Below, piece by piece: positions 28,986 to 43,218 of a DNA stretch of 64,000 nt. Source of the stretch: Escherichia phage EPIMAM01. The number at the start of each line of letters is the position of its first letter. Position 1 is the stretch's first letter. The translations under genes and the position numbers were made by a program. The stretch lies in the sequence record PQ493298; one strand, 5' to 3'. The notes below the pieces were generated by a model that was not told the origin of the DNA, did no database searches, and saw only the letters and a list, made by a program, of their open reading frames with translations.

Positions 28986-29509
28986 GTTGATCCCAGCTCC
29001 TTACTTTCAACGTTTTTGACTAATTTAACAGAAACTAATTCAGCATCTTGTGTAATCATTACCGGGCCTTCTTCATACTCTTCAAGATATTCTAGAGCTT
29101 TCTTTTTAGCTTCTTCCTTCGTATCAGTTTGAGCATAGATATAAAACATGCAACCACCAGTAATACCTACTACTTTCCACTTAATTTCTTTATCAGTTTT
29201 AATTTCAAATTTACTGACAGAATCATCTTTTTGAACTTCTTCGAAAAAAGAATATTCTAACATATAAGCAATTGAAAATAGCGGGCTAACTTTATAGGAT
29301 TCGCCCATTACATCAACAGCTTTATACCAGCGGTCATCAATTTCGCGTTTAATGCTAATAACATTTTTCGCAGGATCTATTTTTACTTTAAATGAATTTT
29401 CCCCAATAAACTGGGCAATTCGTTTATTAGCCCCGCAAGTTTCATTAAAAATATCTTTATATCCAGCTTTAAAGCGATAAACCTTATCTTCTTCAAACCA
29501 TTCGCTCAT
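28979..29509 (-). CDS. hypothetical protein (cd.3)
   Basis: 176 aa ORF. Confidence 0.45.
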   Translation of the reverse strand: MSEWFEEDKVYRFKAGYKDIFNETCGANKRIAQFIGENSFKVKIDPAKNVISIKREIDDRWYKAVDVMGESYKVSPLFSIAYMLEYSFFEEVQKDDSVSKFEIKTDKEIKWKVVGITGGCMFYIYAQTDTKEEAKKKALEYLEEYEEGPVMITQDAELVSVKLVKNVESKELGSTC

Positions 29510-29534
29510 TTCAATTTCCTCATTTGTTTTGGTA

Positions 29535-29569
29535 GAGCTATAATATCACAACTCTACCATAAAGTAAAC
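29535..29569 (-). promoter_or_regulatory. T4 early-type promoter
   Basis: minus-strand GTTTAC (29569-29564) then TATAAT-like -10 (TATAGC/ATTATA), upstream of 176-aa ORF. Confidence 0.45.
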
Positions 29570-29571
29570 TA

Positions 29572-29847
29572 TTAAATTGCTTTGAATTCTGATGTCTGCG
29601 ATTCAAAACGAATATCACCTTTGATGACTAGCTCAGCGTCAAGACCGAATACGACAATGATATGCGCGGAACCTGGATACAGCGTAATGGCAATAGAATC
29701 CACCTGGTCTGGAAGCAAAGTGTTCAATACATGAGTCACTTGAGCATGAATTCGAAGCTCGGCAGCGTTATCAAGCTTTTCAAACATATTATTAGCAATA
29801 ATTTGGCTAAACACTACTTCTACGATTTTAGAATAAGTCGGAAACAT
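29572..29847 (-). CDS. hypothetical protein (cd.4)
   Basis: 91 aa ORF. Confidence 0.45.
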   Translation of the reverse strand: MFPTYSKIVEVVFSQIIANNMFEKLDNAAELRIHAQVTHVLNTLLPDQVDSIAITLYPGSAHIIVVFGLDAELVIKGDIRFESQTSEFKAI

Positions 29848-29849
29848 AT

Positions 29850-30050
29850 TTACCTCACATAATTTTCTTCAAGCCAATCAATAACATCCAACGCATTATC
29901 AAAAGTTGAACCATCTACTTTGTCTTCTGTTTCATAATCAAGAACATCTAAGCCTACTCTTCCATCAACAATAGGCCATAAACAAAATAGATATTTCTTT
30001 TCTTTTTCAATTTTATCACAAAGCCGATAAATCTTTTCTATGTTATTCAT
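29850..30050 (-). CDS. hypothetical protein (cd.5)
   Basis: 66 aa ORF. Confidence 0.45.
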   Translation of the reverse strand: MNNIEKIYRLCDKIEKEKKYLFCLWPIVDGRVGLDVLDYETEDKVDGSTFDNALDVIDWLEENYVR

Positions 30051-30236
30051 AAGTTTTCCATGGTAAAGGCAGTTTAGTTTTCTTTACTGTTAGTTCAACA
30101 TCAGGATTCTTTTCTCTTAATTTAAGGCATTCCTCCCAAGCTCTGATTTCACTAGTGAATACACAAAATTGCCCATTACTAGTACCAACTAAACCGCTAT
30201 TTACAATAATAGCCCAAGTTTCATGATGCCACGCCA

Positions 30237-30237
<1 letters not shown>
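30043..30237 (-). CDS. hypothetical protein
   Basis: ORF track extends to 30267 into pseT; first ATG that gives TAATG coupling with pseT stop is at 30237 (64 aa). Confidence 0.4.
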
Positions 30238-31462
<1,225 letters not shown>

Positions 31463-31465
31463 TTA

Positions 31466-31690
31466 TTATTTCTCAACCAATGATTGAATATAATCATGTA
31501 AGTCTTTAGATGCTTTACCCCACTTATTTTGGTATTCATTTTTAAGATTAGCACGAGATTGAGCTAATAAAACATCATTAGTTGGAGGTAAAGATTCTAA
31601 CCGCTGAATCTGGCGTCCGTAAATCATTGCAGCCATCTCGGATTCATAAATCAATCCTTTGAGATGTTCAAATTGATGCCATGAAATCAT
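31466..31690 (-). CDS. hypothetical protein (pseT.1-like)
   Basis: 74 aa ORF. Confidence 0.5.
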   Translation of the reverse strand: MISWHQFEHLKGLIYESEMAAMIYGRQIQRLESLPPTNDVLLAQSRANLKNEYQNKWGKASKDLHDYIQSLVEK

Positions 31691-31986
31691 TTACATTTAT
31701 CCTCTTTTAACTCTTGACGATAATAACATATCATAGTTTTCTGATCATGTACATATCGTTTTACATCATTAAGCCAAATACGAAATTCCTGGGAATCTTC
31801 GAATGGCATACCGACCCAAGCTTTACCATCAATAACTTTAACTTGCCAGGATAGTTTAGCTTCATCGTATGACTTTATTTGTACTGGCCAATTAGGATGA
31901 ACTGTTTCTTTCTTTACTTCTAGAGGCTTTGTCGAACAACCAACTAGAAGACCAATAGATAATATTACTGCTGATAGTTTAATCAT
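31687..31986 (-). CDS. o-spanin-like outer membrane lipoprotein (T4 pseT.2 equivalent)
   Basis: 99 aa; signal peptide with lipobox LLVGC|S; adjacent to i-spanin-like ORF. Confidence 0.65.
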   Translation of the reverse strand: MIKLSAVILSIGLLVGCSTKPLEVKKETVHPNWPVQIKSYDEAKLSWQVKVIDGKAWVGMPFEDSQEFRIWLNDVKRYVHDQKTMICYYRQELKEDKCK

Positions 31987-32336
31987 TTAGAAAGGTCCTG
32001 GATGTCTTCTGCGAACTTGTTGAAGGAGTTGTTGATTTGTTTTTCAACCAATCCTGGCTTATGAGCCACCACATCCGCCTTCTTTGCGTCTTTGCGCAGT
32101 TTTTCATTTTCACGCTCAATAGCAGCAATTGCCTCACGATTTTTATTATTCATCGCATCAATATAATTATACTGAATTCGCAAATTATTTAATGCTAAAG
32201 CGTTTTCATTGGCCGTTTTTGTAATTTCTACAACAGACGTTTCTAATCTTTCAATTTTATTTTTTAAAATTAAAGAAGTTCCGCCCAATGCAATTACAAT
32301 TAATAGCAAACCTGTTGTCGTATTACTTAATTGCAT
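31983..32336 (-). CDS. i-spanin-like protein (T4 pseT.3 equivalent)
   Basis: 117 aa; N-terminal transmembrane segment LLLIVIALGGTSLIL followed by coiled-coil periplasmic domain. Confidence 0.65.
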   Translation of the reverse strand: MQLSNTTTGLLLIVIALGGTSLILKNKIERLETSVVEITKTANENALALNNLRIQYNYIDAMNNKNREAIAAIERENEKLRKDAKKADVVAHKPGLVEKQINNSFNKFAEDIQDLSK

Positions 32337-32833
32337 AAAGTTTTAATAACCTCTATAATATCGTCTTGAGAAAGACCGTTAATTAAAATATGATGTTCAG
32401 CCGGAGATTTAGAAATTTTAAAGCATGCCTCAACATCTTCTGCCATATCTGATGCGCTACGATTTGGATTACTAATTCCAAGACGATGTTTTCCCGTTAA
32501 AGGATTAACGATGATATAGCATTTACAGTTGTTAATATGAACATTAGGTTGAGTCTGATTAATGAATACATCACAATCATATTTCGCAAGCTGATTTTCT
32601 AAAAAGACTTTCATCTCCTCAACCGCATCAGGAAGCATATCACGAGCTTGCTCAAGACGACGATTTCGATATTCTTTAATGGTCGTTTTCCGCTTGACTT
32701 GTTTAGCTAAATCTTTCTTAAGATCGGTGATATATCCAACTCGACGATTTCCTTTAAATACAGAAATCCCATCTGTAGTATCACCGTATGCTTCAACGAC
32801 CATCTCAGTAGTAATAAGCTGCAAATCCATCAT
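32327..32833 (-). CDS. alc: Alc, inhibitor of host transcription on cytosine-containing DNA
   Basis: 168 aa (T4 Alc 167); synteny pseT-alc-rnlA. Confidence 0.85.
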   Translation of the reverse strand: MMDLQLITTEMVVEAYGDTTDGISVFKGNRRVGYITDLKKDLAKQVKRKTTIKEYRNRRLEQARDMLPDAVEEMKVFLENQLAKYDCDVFINQTQPNVHINNCKCYIIVNPLTGKHRLGISNPNRSASDMAEDVEACFKISKSPAEHHILINGLSQDDIIEVIKTLCN

Positions 32834-32859
32834 AAAGTCCTCATGTTATGTCAGTAAGA

Positions 32860-32891
32860 CTACTGTAACACAACACGAGGGACTTGTAAAC
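32860..32891 (-). promoter_or_regulatory. T4 early-type promoter plus conserved leader upstream of alc
   Basis: minus-strand GTTTACAAGTCCCTCGTG... then CTGACATAACATGAGGA leader; about 50 bp nearly identical to the cassette at 17112-17171. Confidence 0.6.
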
Positions 32892-32894
32892 AGC

Positions 32895-34482
<1,588 letters not shown>

Positions 34483-34490
34483 AATAAAAT

Positions 34491-34504
34491 GGGCCTTGCG
34501 GCCC
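34491..34504 (-). terminator. hairpin between nrdB and denA
   Basis: GGGCC-TTGC-GGCCC immediately 3' of nrdB stop. Confidence 0.45.
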
Positions 34505-34509
34505 ACTCC

Positions 34510-35688
34510 TTAAAAATATTTTTTAAAACTCATCATAACTTTATCATCAACATCATTATCAATCTGTGCTACAAGATAAGATGAAAGTTCTACTTCTTGT
34601 GGCGCGGATTGAACATTATCAGAATTAAGGTATTCACGAATCCAAGGATACGGATGTTTAACCGGAGCATCGGTAATTGGGCATGGAAGACCACACTGTT
34701 TCATACGAGATACAGTCAAGTAATCAATAAAGTTCCACATGCTATTTGTATTTAATCCAGGAACATCGCCATCTTTAAATAAATGAACTGCCCAGTCTTT
34801 TTCTTGACGGTTAACTTCCATGAAAATATCAACTGCTTCTTGTTCACACTCTTGGGCGATTTTAACCCATTCATCACCATCAGTGCCAAGTTGAAGTTGA
34901 CGAATAATATATTGGGTGCCTTTAAGGTGAAGCTGCTCATCACGTGCAATGAACTTCATAATCTTGGCATTACCTTCCATGATTTCCATGTTCTTATGGA
35001 AGTTAAAGGTACATGCAAAAGATACATAAAAACGAATAGCTTCCAATGCGTTGATTACATGCAGACAAAGGTAAAGAGAACGCATTAGTTCGTATTTGCA
35101 TTCTTCTACATGCATAAGGCTATTTGAATATGCGTCCAAATCATATTCATTCTCTGAAAAACACCTAAAAATTTCTTTTGCGTTTTCCCATTCACGAGTT
35201 TTCTCAATAACATCATCATAATAACGACCAATAGATTCAGCACGTTTCATGATAGCTTTATCTAATACAATCTCATCAAATACCTTTGACGGATCAGTAT
35301 AAAGATTTCGCATGATATGAGTATATGAACGACTGTGAATAGTTTCGCTAAAAGTCCATGTAGCAACCCATGTATCAAGGCTTGGATCTGAAATTAATGA
35401 CATAAGTACAGCAGACGGTGCACGACCCTGAATGCTATCCAAAAGTGATTGATACTTCAGGTTATTAGTAAAAATATCTTGCTGATACTGGGGAAGCTTG
35501 TTAAATTGTGCAGCATCCATCATCAAGTTTACTTCTTCAGGACGCCAGAAAAATGACAACTGCTTTTCGGTTAAATCTTCAAAAACTTTATGACGTTGAA
35601 TATCATAACGCGCAATACCAAGACCTGAACCGAAGAACATAGGTTCTTTTAAAACATCAACTGGATTTGTATTAAAAACTGTGCTCAT
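34510..35688 (-). CDS. nrdB: ribonucleotide reductase small subunit (uninterrupted)
   Basis: 392 aa continuous ORF with the NrdB-like conserved core; no intron interrupts the reading frame. Confidence 0.92.
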   Translation of the reverse strand: MSTVFNTNPVDVLKEPMFFGSGLGIARYDIQRHKVFEDLTEKQLSFFWRPEEVNLMMDAAQFNKLPQYQQDIFTNNLKYQSLLDSIQGRAPSAVLMSLISDPSLDTWVATWTFSETIHSRSYTHIMRNLYTDPSKVFDEIVLDKAIMKRAESIGRYYDDVIEKTREWENAKEIFRCFSENEYDLDAYSNSLMHVEECKYELMRSLYLCLHVINALEAIRFYVSFACTFNFHKNMEIMEGNAKIMKFIARDEQLHLKGTQYIIRQLQLGTDGDEWVKIAQECEQEAVDIFMEVNRQEKDWAVHLFKDGDVPGLNTNSMWNFIDYLTVSRMKQCGLPCPITDAPVKHPYPWIREYLNSDNVQSAPQEVELSSYLVAQIDNDVDDKVMMSFKKYF

Positions 35689-35739
35689 AAATTTTCCGCT
35701 TAGTTAATAGATAGTGACTCGTCCGTGAGTCAAATTATA

Positions 35740-38004
35740 TCATAATTTACAGGATGAACAATCTTCAGCTTTTGGAGTTTCTATTTCATAATCATCAGTA
35801 CCAGAACCGTCACGGGTATTATGATAATAGAAATTTTTTCCGCCAAAATACCAAAAATACAAAAGGTCATCAATCATTATTGACATTGGAACCTTTCCTT
35901 TTGGAAAAATCTGCGGGTCATAATATGTATTCGCTGAAGCTGATTGACACACCCATTTCAGCATAATAGCTACTTGCGTAAGATAAGGTTTATTGCCTTT
36001 CTTAGCTAATTTCCATGTATAATCATAGAGGTCTATGTTGTGCTCAATATTGGGCACGACTTGATTAAAGGAGCCCTCTTTTGATTCTTTAACAGAGACT
36101 GGTCCACGTGGAGGCTCGATACCGTTTGTACTGTTAGAAACTTGGGAAGATGACTCACATGGCATAAGTGCTGATAATGTGCTATTACGGATGCCAAAGA
36201 GCTTAAGGTCTTCCCGCAGCGACGACCAGTCACAAACGTATTTTGGAGCTGCGATTTGGTCAATCTTTTTATTGTACCAGTCGATAGGTAATTCGCCTCG
36301 AGACCAACGAGTGTCTGAATAATATTCGCAAGGTCCTTTTTCTTTGGCGAGCTTAATGGATGCTTTAATGAGTCCATACTGTAGTCTCTCAAATAGTTCA
36401 TGTGTTAAATCGTTAGCATCTTCATAAGAAGCAAAATTACTTGCCAGCCAAGCTGCATAGTTAGTAACACCTACGCCAAGGTTTCGACGTTTTTTAGCTT
36501 TTTCTGCTTCAGGAACTGGATATCCTTGGTAATCCAAAAGATTATCAAGAGCACGAACTTGGACTTCTGCCAATTCATTAATTTTATCTTGGTCTTGCCA
36601 ATCGAAGTTATCTAACACAAATGCAGATAACGTACACAATCCAATTTCAGCATCAGGACTATTCACATCATTTGTTGGAATAGCAATTTCACAACACAAG
36701 TTGCTCTGACGAATAGGTGCCTTTTCACGAATAAACGGAGTATAGTTATTCGTATTATCAATGAACTGTACATAAATCCTTGCTGTTCCTGAGCGTTCAG
36801 TCATGAGCAATTCAAACAGTTCACGGGCTTTAATACGCTTTTTACGAATATTAGGGTCTTTTTCTGCAGCTTCGTATAATTCACGGAAACGGTCTTGGTC
36901 TTTAAAATAAGAATAGTAAAGTTCGCCACCCATTTCATGCGGACTGAACAAAGTAATGTAATCATTCTTTCCAAATCGTTCCATCATCAAATCATTCAGC
37001 TGGACGCCATAATCCATATGACGGATACGGTTTTCTTCTACACCTTTGTTATTTTTCAAAACGAGAAGATTTTCAACTTCCAAATGCCAAATAGGATAAT
37101 AAGCAGTAGCAGCGCCGCCACGAATTCCACCCTGTGAGCATGATTTAACAGCAGTTTGAAAATGTTTCCAAAAAGGAATAACACCAGTATGACGCACTTC
37201 ACCCATTCCAATCTTAGAACCTTCGGCACGAATCATACCAACGTTAATACCAATTCCAGCGCGTTTGGAGATATATTCAACAATTGAAGCGGAAGCCTTA
37301 TTGATAGACTTTAATGAATCACCTGCCTCAATAACAACGCATGAACTAAACTGCCGAGTTGGAGTACGGCAACCAGCCATAATAGGAGTTGGCAGTGAAA
37401 TCTGTCGAGTAGATACTGCTTCATAAAAACGAATAACATGTTTTAATCTATCAACAGGTTCATCTTGATGCAATGCCATTCCAATAGTCATAAATGCAAA
37501 CTGTGGAGTTTCATAAATTTGACCAGTGGTTTTATCTTTAACTAGATATTTTTCTTTTAATTGCATCGCCCCGGAATAAGTAAATTCCATATCCCGTTCG
37601 TGCTTAATTTTTGATTCTAAAAATGTAATTTCTTCTGCTGAATATTTTGACAACAATTCAGGGTCGTATTTACCTTCATTTACACAGTAAGAAATATGGT
37701 CAATAAATGAACGTGGTTCATACTGCCCGTAAACATGCTTACGAAGAGCGAACATTAAGCAGCGTGCAGCTACATATTGATAATCAGGCTCTTCAACTGA
37801 AATAGAATTCGCAGCAGCCTTAATTACAATGGTTTGAATGTCATCAGTTGTCATTCCATCACGGAGATATGATTTAATATTTTCATATAATTCATAAGGA
37901 TCTACAGATGTTCCTTCAGCTGCCCAAGATAAAACTTTAATAATTTTTTGTGGGTCAAAGCTCTGAGAAACACCACTACTTTTGATAACATTAATTAATT
38001 GCAT
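35740..38004 (-). CDS. nrdA: ribonucleotide reductase large subunit
   Basis: 754 aa, T4 NrdA length; ATP-cone N-terminus; class I RNR catalytic core. Confidence 0.95.
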   Translation of the reverse strand: MQLINVIKSSGVSQSFDPQKIIKVLSWAAEGTSVDPYELYENIKSYLRDGMTTDDIQTIVIKAAANSISVEEPDYQYVAARCLMFALRKHVYGQYEPRSFIDHISYCVNEGKYDPELLSKYSAEEITFLESKIKHERDMEFTYSGAMQLKEKYLVKDKTTGQIYETPQFAFMTIGMALHQDEPVDRLKHVIRFYEAVSTRQISLPTPIMAGCRTPTRQFSSCVVIEAGDSLKSINKASASIVEYISKRAGIGINVGMIRAEGSKIGMGEVRHTGVIPFWKHFQTAVKSCSQGGIRGGAATAYYPIWHLEVENLLVLKNNKGVEENRIRHMDYGVQLNDLMMERFGKNDYITLFSPHEMGGELYYSYFKDQDRFRELYEAAEKDPNIRKKRIKARELFELLMTERSGTARIYVQFIDNTNNYTPFIREKAPIRQSNLCCEIAIPTNDVNSPDAEIGLCTLSAFVLDNFDWQDQDKINELAEVQVRALDNLLDYQGYPVPEAEKAKKRRNLGVGVTNYAAWLASNFASYEDANDLTHELFERLQYGLIKASIKLAKEKGPCEYYSDTRWSRGELPIDWYNKKIDQIAAPKYVCDWSSLREDLKLFGIRNSTLSALMPCESSSQVSNSTNGIEPPRGPVSVKESKEGSFNQVVPNIEHNIDLYDYTWKLAKKGNKPYLTQVAIMLKWVCQSASANTYYDPQIFPKGKVPMSIMIDDLLYFWYFGGKNFYYHNTRDGSGTDDYEIETPKAEDCSSCKL

Positions 38005-38321
38005 AAGTCCTCAACTTGAAAATCGTCTTTAAACAATCGGTTAACTATATGAGCTATTATATCACCATGACACGGCTTTGGTTTACATGTGCATCCTAGC
38101 CTCATTCCACGTAAAGGCTCTAAATGTGCTTTAGTTATTTCTCCGGATTTAATTCGACGTATAAAATCTTTTTTGAATAATTCAATGGCAGCCTCCCGGC
38201 TGCCAGCATCTTTACCGACGTAATTTCCCCAAAATGTACCACGGTGAATATTAACATCAAAGTCGGATTTATATTTATTCACTACCTGACATAGACGGCC
38301 CGCGCGGTGATAATTCGTCAT
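37995..38321 (-). CDS. hypothetical conserved protein (nrdA.1-like)
   Basis: 108 aa ORF with Cys/His cluster ([11 protein letters not shown]). Confidence 0.5.
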   Translation of the reverse strand: MTNYHRAGRLCQVVNKYKSDFDVNIHRGTFWGNYVGKDAGSREAAIELFKKDFIRRIKSGEITKAHLEPLRGMRLGCTCKPKPCHGDIIAHIVNRLFKDDFQVEDLCN

Positions 38322-38538
38322 ATTGTTTTTCCGTTAAAACAGTAATATCATAATAACAATCAGAAGAAGTTTTAACTGTAGAAATTTTATTATCAAAATA
38401 CTCACGAGTCATTTTATGAGTATAATATTTTTTGCCATAAATGATAATAGGCTGATTTGGTCCTGGAACTTCTAACTCGCTTGGATTAGGAAGTGTAAAA
38501 AGAACTACACCAGAAGTATCCTTAAATCGTAAAATCAT
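38275..38538 (-). CDS. hypothetical protein (nrdA.2-like)
   Basis: ORF-track start at 38550 is TTG; ATG at 38538 with GAGAGGA SD gives 87 aa. Confidence 0.45.
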   Translation of the reverse strand: MILRFKDTSGVVLFTLPNPSELEVPGPNQPIIIYGKKYYTHKMTREYFDNKISTVKTSSDCYYDITVLTEKQYDELSPRGPSMSGSE

Positions 38539-38561
38539 ATATCCTCTCAATTAAATTAAAA

Positions 38562-39421
38562 TTACACCGCCATCTTTCCTTTAATTGGCGGGTGAGATAC
38601 ATAGTTGTTAAGAACAAAATTATGCGGCTTTGCGAATTGACTCAACCAAAATACCTGCGATTCTGTGTCCCATTCATCAAATTCATCTGGAAATTTTAAT
38701 TGTAATTCGCATAAATCCATAGGTTCACGACGCAAAATTTCTTTACATTGTTCTACGTGATTCATATAGATATGAGTATTACCACCAGAAAATATCAAAT
38801 CTCCTGGAATAAGATTACACATCTTAGCTACAATATGAACTAACGTAGCATATGATGCAATATTAAATGGAAGACCGAGGAAAACATCTACCGAACGTTG
38901 ATACCACTGCAAATCCAAATAACCATTACGCACATTAAATTGATAGAACATATGACAAGGTGGTAATGCCATTTGCTTGAGTTCAGCTGGATTCCATGCT
39001 GAAACAATTTGACGTCTATCATTTGGCAGTTTTTTAATACGATCAACAACTTCTATAATTTGGTCTACACCACCAAAATCACGCCACTGTTTTCCATAAA
39101 TTGGACCAAGTTCACCACTATGGTATCCTAAATCTTTTGCTTGATTTTCGTAATTTTCATCCCAGACTGTTTTGCCTTGAATTAATGAATCATGTTGAAT
39201 TAATCGCAAATCATTGACATTTGTGCTTCCCGATAAAAACCATATTAGCTCAGCAATGCAAGCTTTCCAGGCAAGCTTCTTAGTCGTTACTGCAGGAAAA
39301 CCTTTAGTTAAATCCCAGCGTAATTTAGTACCGAACAAAGCAATTGTTCCTGTGCCTGTTCGGTCATCGGTTTCATAACCGTTTTCCAGGATATCTTTAA
39401 TTAAAAATTGGTATTGTTTCA

Positions 39422-39422
<1 letters not shown>
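38562..39422 (-). CDS. td: thymidylate synthase (uninterrupted)
   Basis: 286 aa from ATG 39422 (MKQYQFLIKDILENGYETDDRTGTGTIALFG...); ORF-track 5' extension starts at TTG; continuous, so no group I intron. Confidence 0.93.
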
Positions 39423-40451
<1,029 letters not shown>

Positions 40452-40461
40452 GTTATTTTCC

Positions 40462-40704
40462 TTAAACAGACTTTTTCACAATTTTCCAATCAGCTTTAAA
40501 CTGATCGACGTCAGAATGGTAAATCCAGAATCCTGCGCTTTCTCCATCTTCATAAAGAGGACATCCATCACATTCATCTTCCCATCCCATATCACGCAAA
40601 AGACGTTCAGCTTTTTCAATGAGTTCAGAATCTTTACCGATGATATTAAAATACCATTTACCTCTAACTTCTGAATCTTTAATGCTCTGACGTTGTAATC
40701 TCAT
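40462..40704 (-). CDS. hypothetical protein (frd.2-like)
   Basis: 80 aa ORF. Confidence 0.5.
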   Translation of the reverse strand: MRLQRQSIKDSEVRGKWYFNIIGKDSELIEKAERLLRDMGWEDECDGCPLYEDGESAGFWIYHSDVDQFKADWKIVKKSV

Positions 40705-40724
40705 TTTATTCTCCTTAGTTGATA

Positions 40725-40759
40725 GGGTAATAGTATCACACTACTACCCTACTGTAAAC
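40725..40759 (-). promoter_or_regulatory. T4 early-type promoter
   Basis: minus-strand GTTTAC at 40759-40754 with TAGTAT/TATTAC -10-like region, upstream of 80-aa ORF. Confidence 0.45.
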
Positions 40760-41139
40760 TACTTTTTGAATGTTTTTCGCAAAAGTTCAATGATTTCGTC
40801 TACATTGTTTTCGTCAACAATGCAATGAATTTTTGTTACGCCAGAAACCTTGTCTTTGACTTCATCTTCTTCAGAAGTCGGTTCTTTATACTCACGAAAA
40901 CAATGAAATTCATCTTCGCAAATTTCTAAAAGTCTATCTTTAAGGTAAAAATGCTTTCCATTTGCGCATTCAATGTGTTTTACTGCTTTATATCCATTAG
41001 CGACGGAAACTTCTTTAACTTCAAACCATCCGCCATTATCTCGAATAGCTTTAACTATTGATGAATTGGAACGTGGGCTATAATTAATAAATGTATCAAT
41101 AAGTCTTGGAACAAGTTCATACTTTCGACCAGTATACAT
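40759..41139 (-). CDS. hypothetical protein (frd.3-like)
   Basis: 126 aa ORF. Confidence 0.5.
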   Translation of the reverse strand: MYTGRKYELVPRLIDTFINYSPRSNSSIVKAIRDNGGWFEVKEVSVANGYKAVKHIECANGKHFYLKDRLLEICEDEFHCFREYKEPTSEEDEVKDKVSGVTKIHCIVDENNVDEIIELLRKTFKK

Positions 41140-41183
41140 TGTGTTTTCCTCATTTTAATAGGGGCTTTATAACCCCTTGATAA

Positions 41184-41432
41184 TTATTGTTCAATCAATC
41201 CCATGTAAAATTCTGTGTCTTCAGAATCCATACCATCACAATATTCATTAGCCATAAAGCGGGTGAGGTCTTCAAGAGGACCTTCAATAACGATTTGAAT
41301 ACTCCAAAACTTAGAATCTTGTACGCTTATGATATTAAGTTCAGGATAACGATTACGAATAATTTCTTCAAAATATTCGTAATCAATAACATCAATATCA
41401 ACTTTAGCCATATTGTTTTCCTCTTTAATCAT
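41184..41432 (-). CDS. hypothetical acidic protein
   Basis: 82 aa ORF downstream of early promoter. Confidence 0.45.
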   Translation of the reverse strand: MIKEENNMAKVDIDVIDYEYFEEIIRNRYPELNIISVQDSKFWSIQIVIEGPLEDLTRFMANEYCDGMDSEDTEFYMGLIEQ

Positions 41433-41446
41433 CAGCAGTATTGCCG

Positions 41447-41484
41447 ATAGTTGTATAGTACCATAGTTCTTGTGGCATGTAAAC
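41447..41484 (-). promoter_or_regulatory. T4 early-type promoter with A/T-rich UP element
   Basis: minus-strand GTTTAC (41484-41479) then TACTATAC -10 region; upstream A/T block; about 75 bp shared with 58282-58350. Confidence 0.55.
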
Positions 41485-41515
41485 CGTTTTGTGAAAAAAT
41501 TTTTGAAATAAAAAA

Positions 41516-41534
41516 GGGGACCTCTAGGGTCCCC
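41516..41534 (-). terminator. rho-independent terminator of gene 32
   Basis: GGGGACC-TCTAG-GGTCCCC followed on minus strand by TTTTTT. Confidence 0.7.
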
Positions 41535-41556
41535 AATTAATTAGTAATATAATTTA

Positions 41557-42465
41557 TTAAAGGTCATTCAAAAGGTCATCCAGGTCCGTGTCATCAGCAC
41601 TAGATGAACTGCCAGAGCTTGAGCTCATAAAATCATCTTCAGTTTTTGTATTGAAGTCATCAACATTGAATGCATCCAAATCATCAGCAACTTTATCAGC
41701 TTTCTTAGCGGCAGTCGCTGCGGCACCACCCATAGCAGAAGTTCCCATAACTTGACTGAACTTAGTGCTCAGTTCTTCAAACGATTTGAATTTATCTTTA
41801 GAAGTCATTTCAGAAAGGTCAACCATTTGTTCAAACAGTTCTTTCTGGAAAGATTCATCATCAATGTTTGGAATCGCAGATTGATTCAGGAATTTAGATT
41901 CGTCGTAGTTACTAAAACCAGAAACTTGTTTAACTTTCAGTACAAAGTTAGCACCTTCCCACGGACAAGTTACATCAACCGGAGTTTCACCCATTTCAAC
42001 ATCAACTGCAATCATTGCATTGATTTTATCCCAGATTTTCTTACCGAAACGGTATTTAAATACTTTACCTTCATTTTCTGGAGCAGCTGGGTCTTTTACT
42101 ACAAGAATGTTAGCCCAGTAAGAAGTTTTACGTTTAACAAGACCGTACTCTTTATTGTCAGTGTTGTACAAATCATTTTTACTGATGTACTGACATACTG
42201 GACAAGAATCGTAATCACCGTGGGTAGATGAACAGTTTTCAATATACCATTTACCATTTTTCTTGAAACCGTGATTTACAAGAATTGCGAATGGTGCTTG
42301 TTCATCATTTTTAGACGGAAGAAAACGAATTACTGCTTGACCGTTACCCGCATTATCGAGTTTCAGTTTCCACTCGCCTTTATCTTCAGAAGAAAAACCA
42401 CCTTTATTTCCAGCCAGTTTAGCCATTTGTGCAGCGAGTTCAGCAGTAGATTTACGTTTAAACAT
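41557..42465 (-). CDS. 32: single-stranded DNA-binding protein gp32
   Basis: 302 aa; Zn-binding Cys/His cluster (C...H...C...C) and acidic C-terminal tail [21 protein letters not shown]. Confidence 0.95.
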   Translation of the reverse strand: MFKRKSTAELAAQMAKLAGNKGGFSSEDKGEWKLKLDNAGNGQAVIRFLPSKNDEQAPFAILVNHGFKKNGKWYIENCSSTHGDYDSCPVCQYISKNDLYNTDNKEYGLVKRKTSYWANILVVKDPAAPENEGKVFKYRFGKKIWDKINAMIAVDVEMGETPVDVTCPWEGANFVLKVKQVSGFSNYDESKFLNQSAIPNIDDESFQKELFEQMVDLSEMTSKDKFKSFEELSTKFSQVMGTSAMGGAAATAAKKADKVADDLDAFNVDDFNTKTEDDFMSSSSGSSSSADDTDLDDLLNDL

Positions 42466-42548
42466 TTTTATTTCCTTTTTAATTTAATTAACAGTTGGTG
42501 CTATGACGATGTATGACCTCATAGCTGGTCAGTGAGATAATTATAATC

Positions 42549-42556
42549 TATTTATA
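42549..42556 (-). promoter_or_regulatory. candidate late promoter (TATAAATA on minus strand) upstream of gene 32
   Basis: plus-strand TATTTATA in 59/32 intergenic region, about 85 nt upstream of gp32 ATG. Confidence 0.4.
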
Positions 42557-42564
42557 ATAAGCAA

Positions 42565-43218
42565 TTAATACTTGCAAGATTTCACAGTTTCAATGAAAAC
42601 ACTTTTAGCTTTCTGTGAATCAATATTTAAAATTTTTCTATAAGCCTTTAACTTTATAGAATAATTATTCCAGACTAAATTATCAGTCTGTTCATCATGT
42701 TTATCGATTATATTTAAAAACGAATCAAGCAAGATAAACGTCTCAAACGAAATTATATTCGATTGAAGTAGTTTAAAAATATAACTTGATTGAACTTTTG
42801 GATTATACTCAAAGATTTCTTTAAAAGCAGAAACTTCAACTTTTTTACTAAAATAATAAATGTTGCGAATATCTTCTTCAAACTTAAATTTAATTTGCTT
42901 TAAGCGTCCGATATATTCACGATAAAACACAAGTGCATCAGCGTCAGAGATGTCACCAATCCAAGCATCTTGGTTAGCAACCAGATTGCTTATAAAGATT
43001 AAAGCAAGTTCCTTTAATTTATATTTTTCTGATAACTTCTGGAAAAAATACTTATCCCTTCGCTTTTGATAAGCGGCATCAGACACCCGCATGCACCAAT
43101 TATACTTAATTACATCATACTTTCCATTCATATGTTGTTTTATCATTAAGTATAATTTATAAACTGATTTACCATCAATGTATCTTTCACCACCAGCAGG
43201 CATGCGGAGTTTAATCAT
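42565..43218 (-). CDS. 59: gp59 helicase loader
   Basis: 217 aa, T4 gp59 length; synteny 33-59-32. Confidence 0.88.
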   Translation of the reverse strand: MIKLRMPAGGERYIDGKSVYKLYLMIKQHMNGKYDVIKYNWCMRVSDAAYQKRRDKYFFQKLSEKYKLKELALIFISNLVANQDAWIGDISDADALVFYREYIGRLKQIKFKFEEDIRNIYYFSKKVEVSAFKEIFEYNPKVQSSYIFKLLQSNIISFETFILLDSFLNIIDKHDEQTDNLVWNNYSIKLKAYRKILNIDSQKAKSVFIETVKSCKY

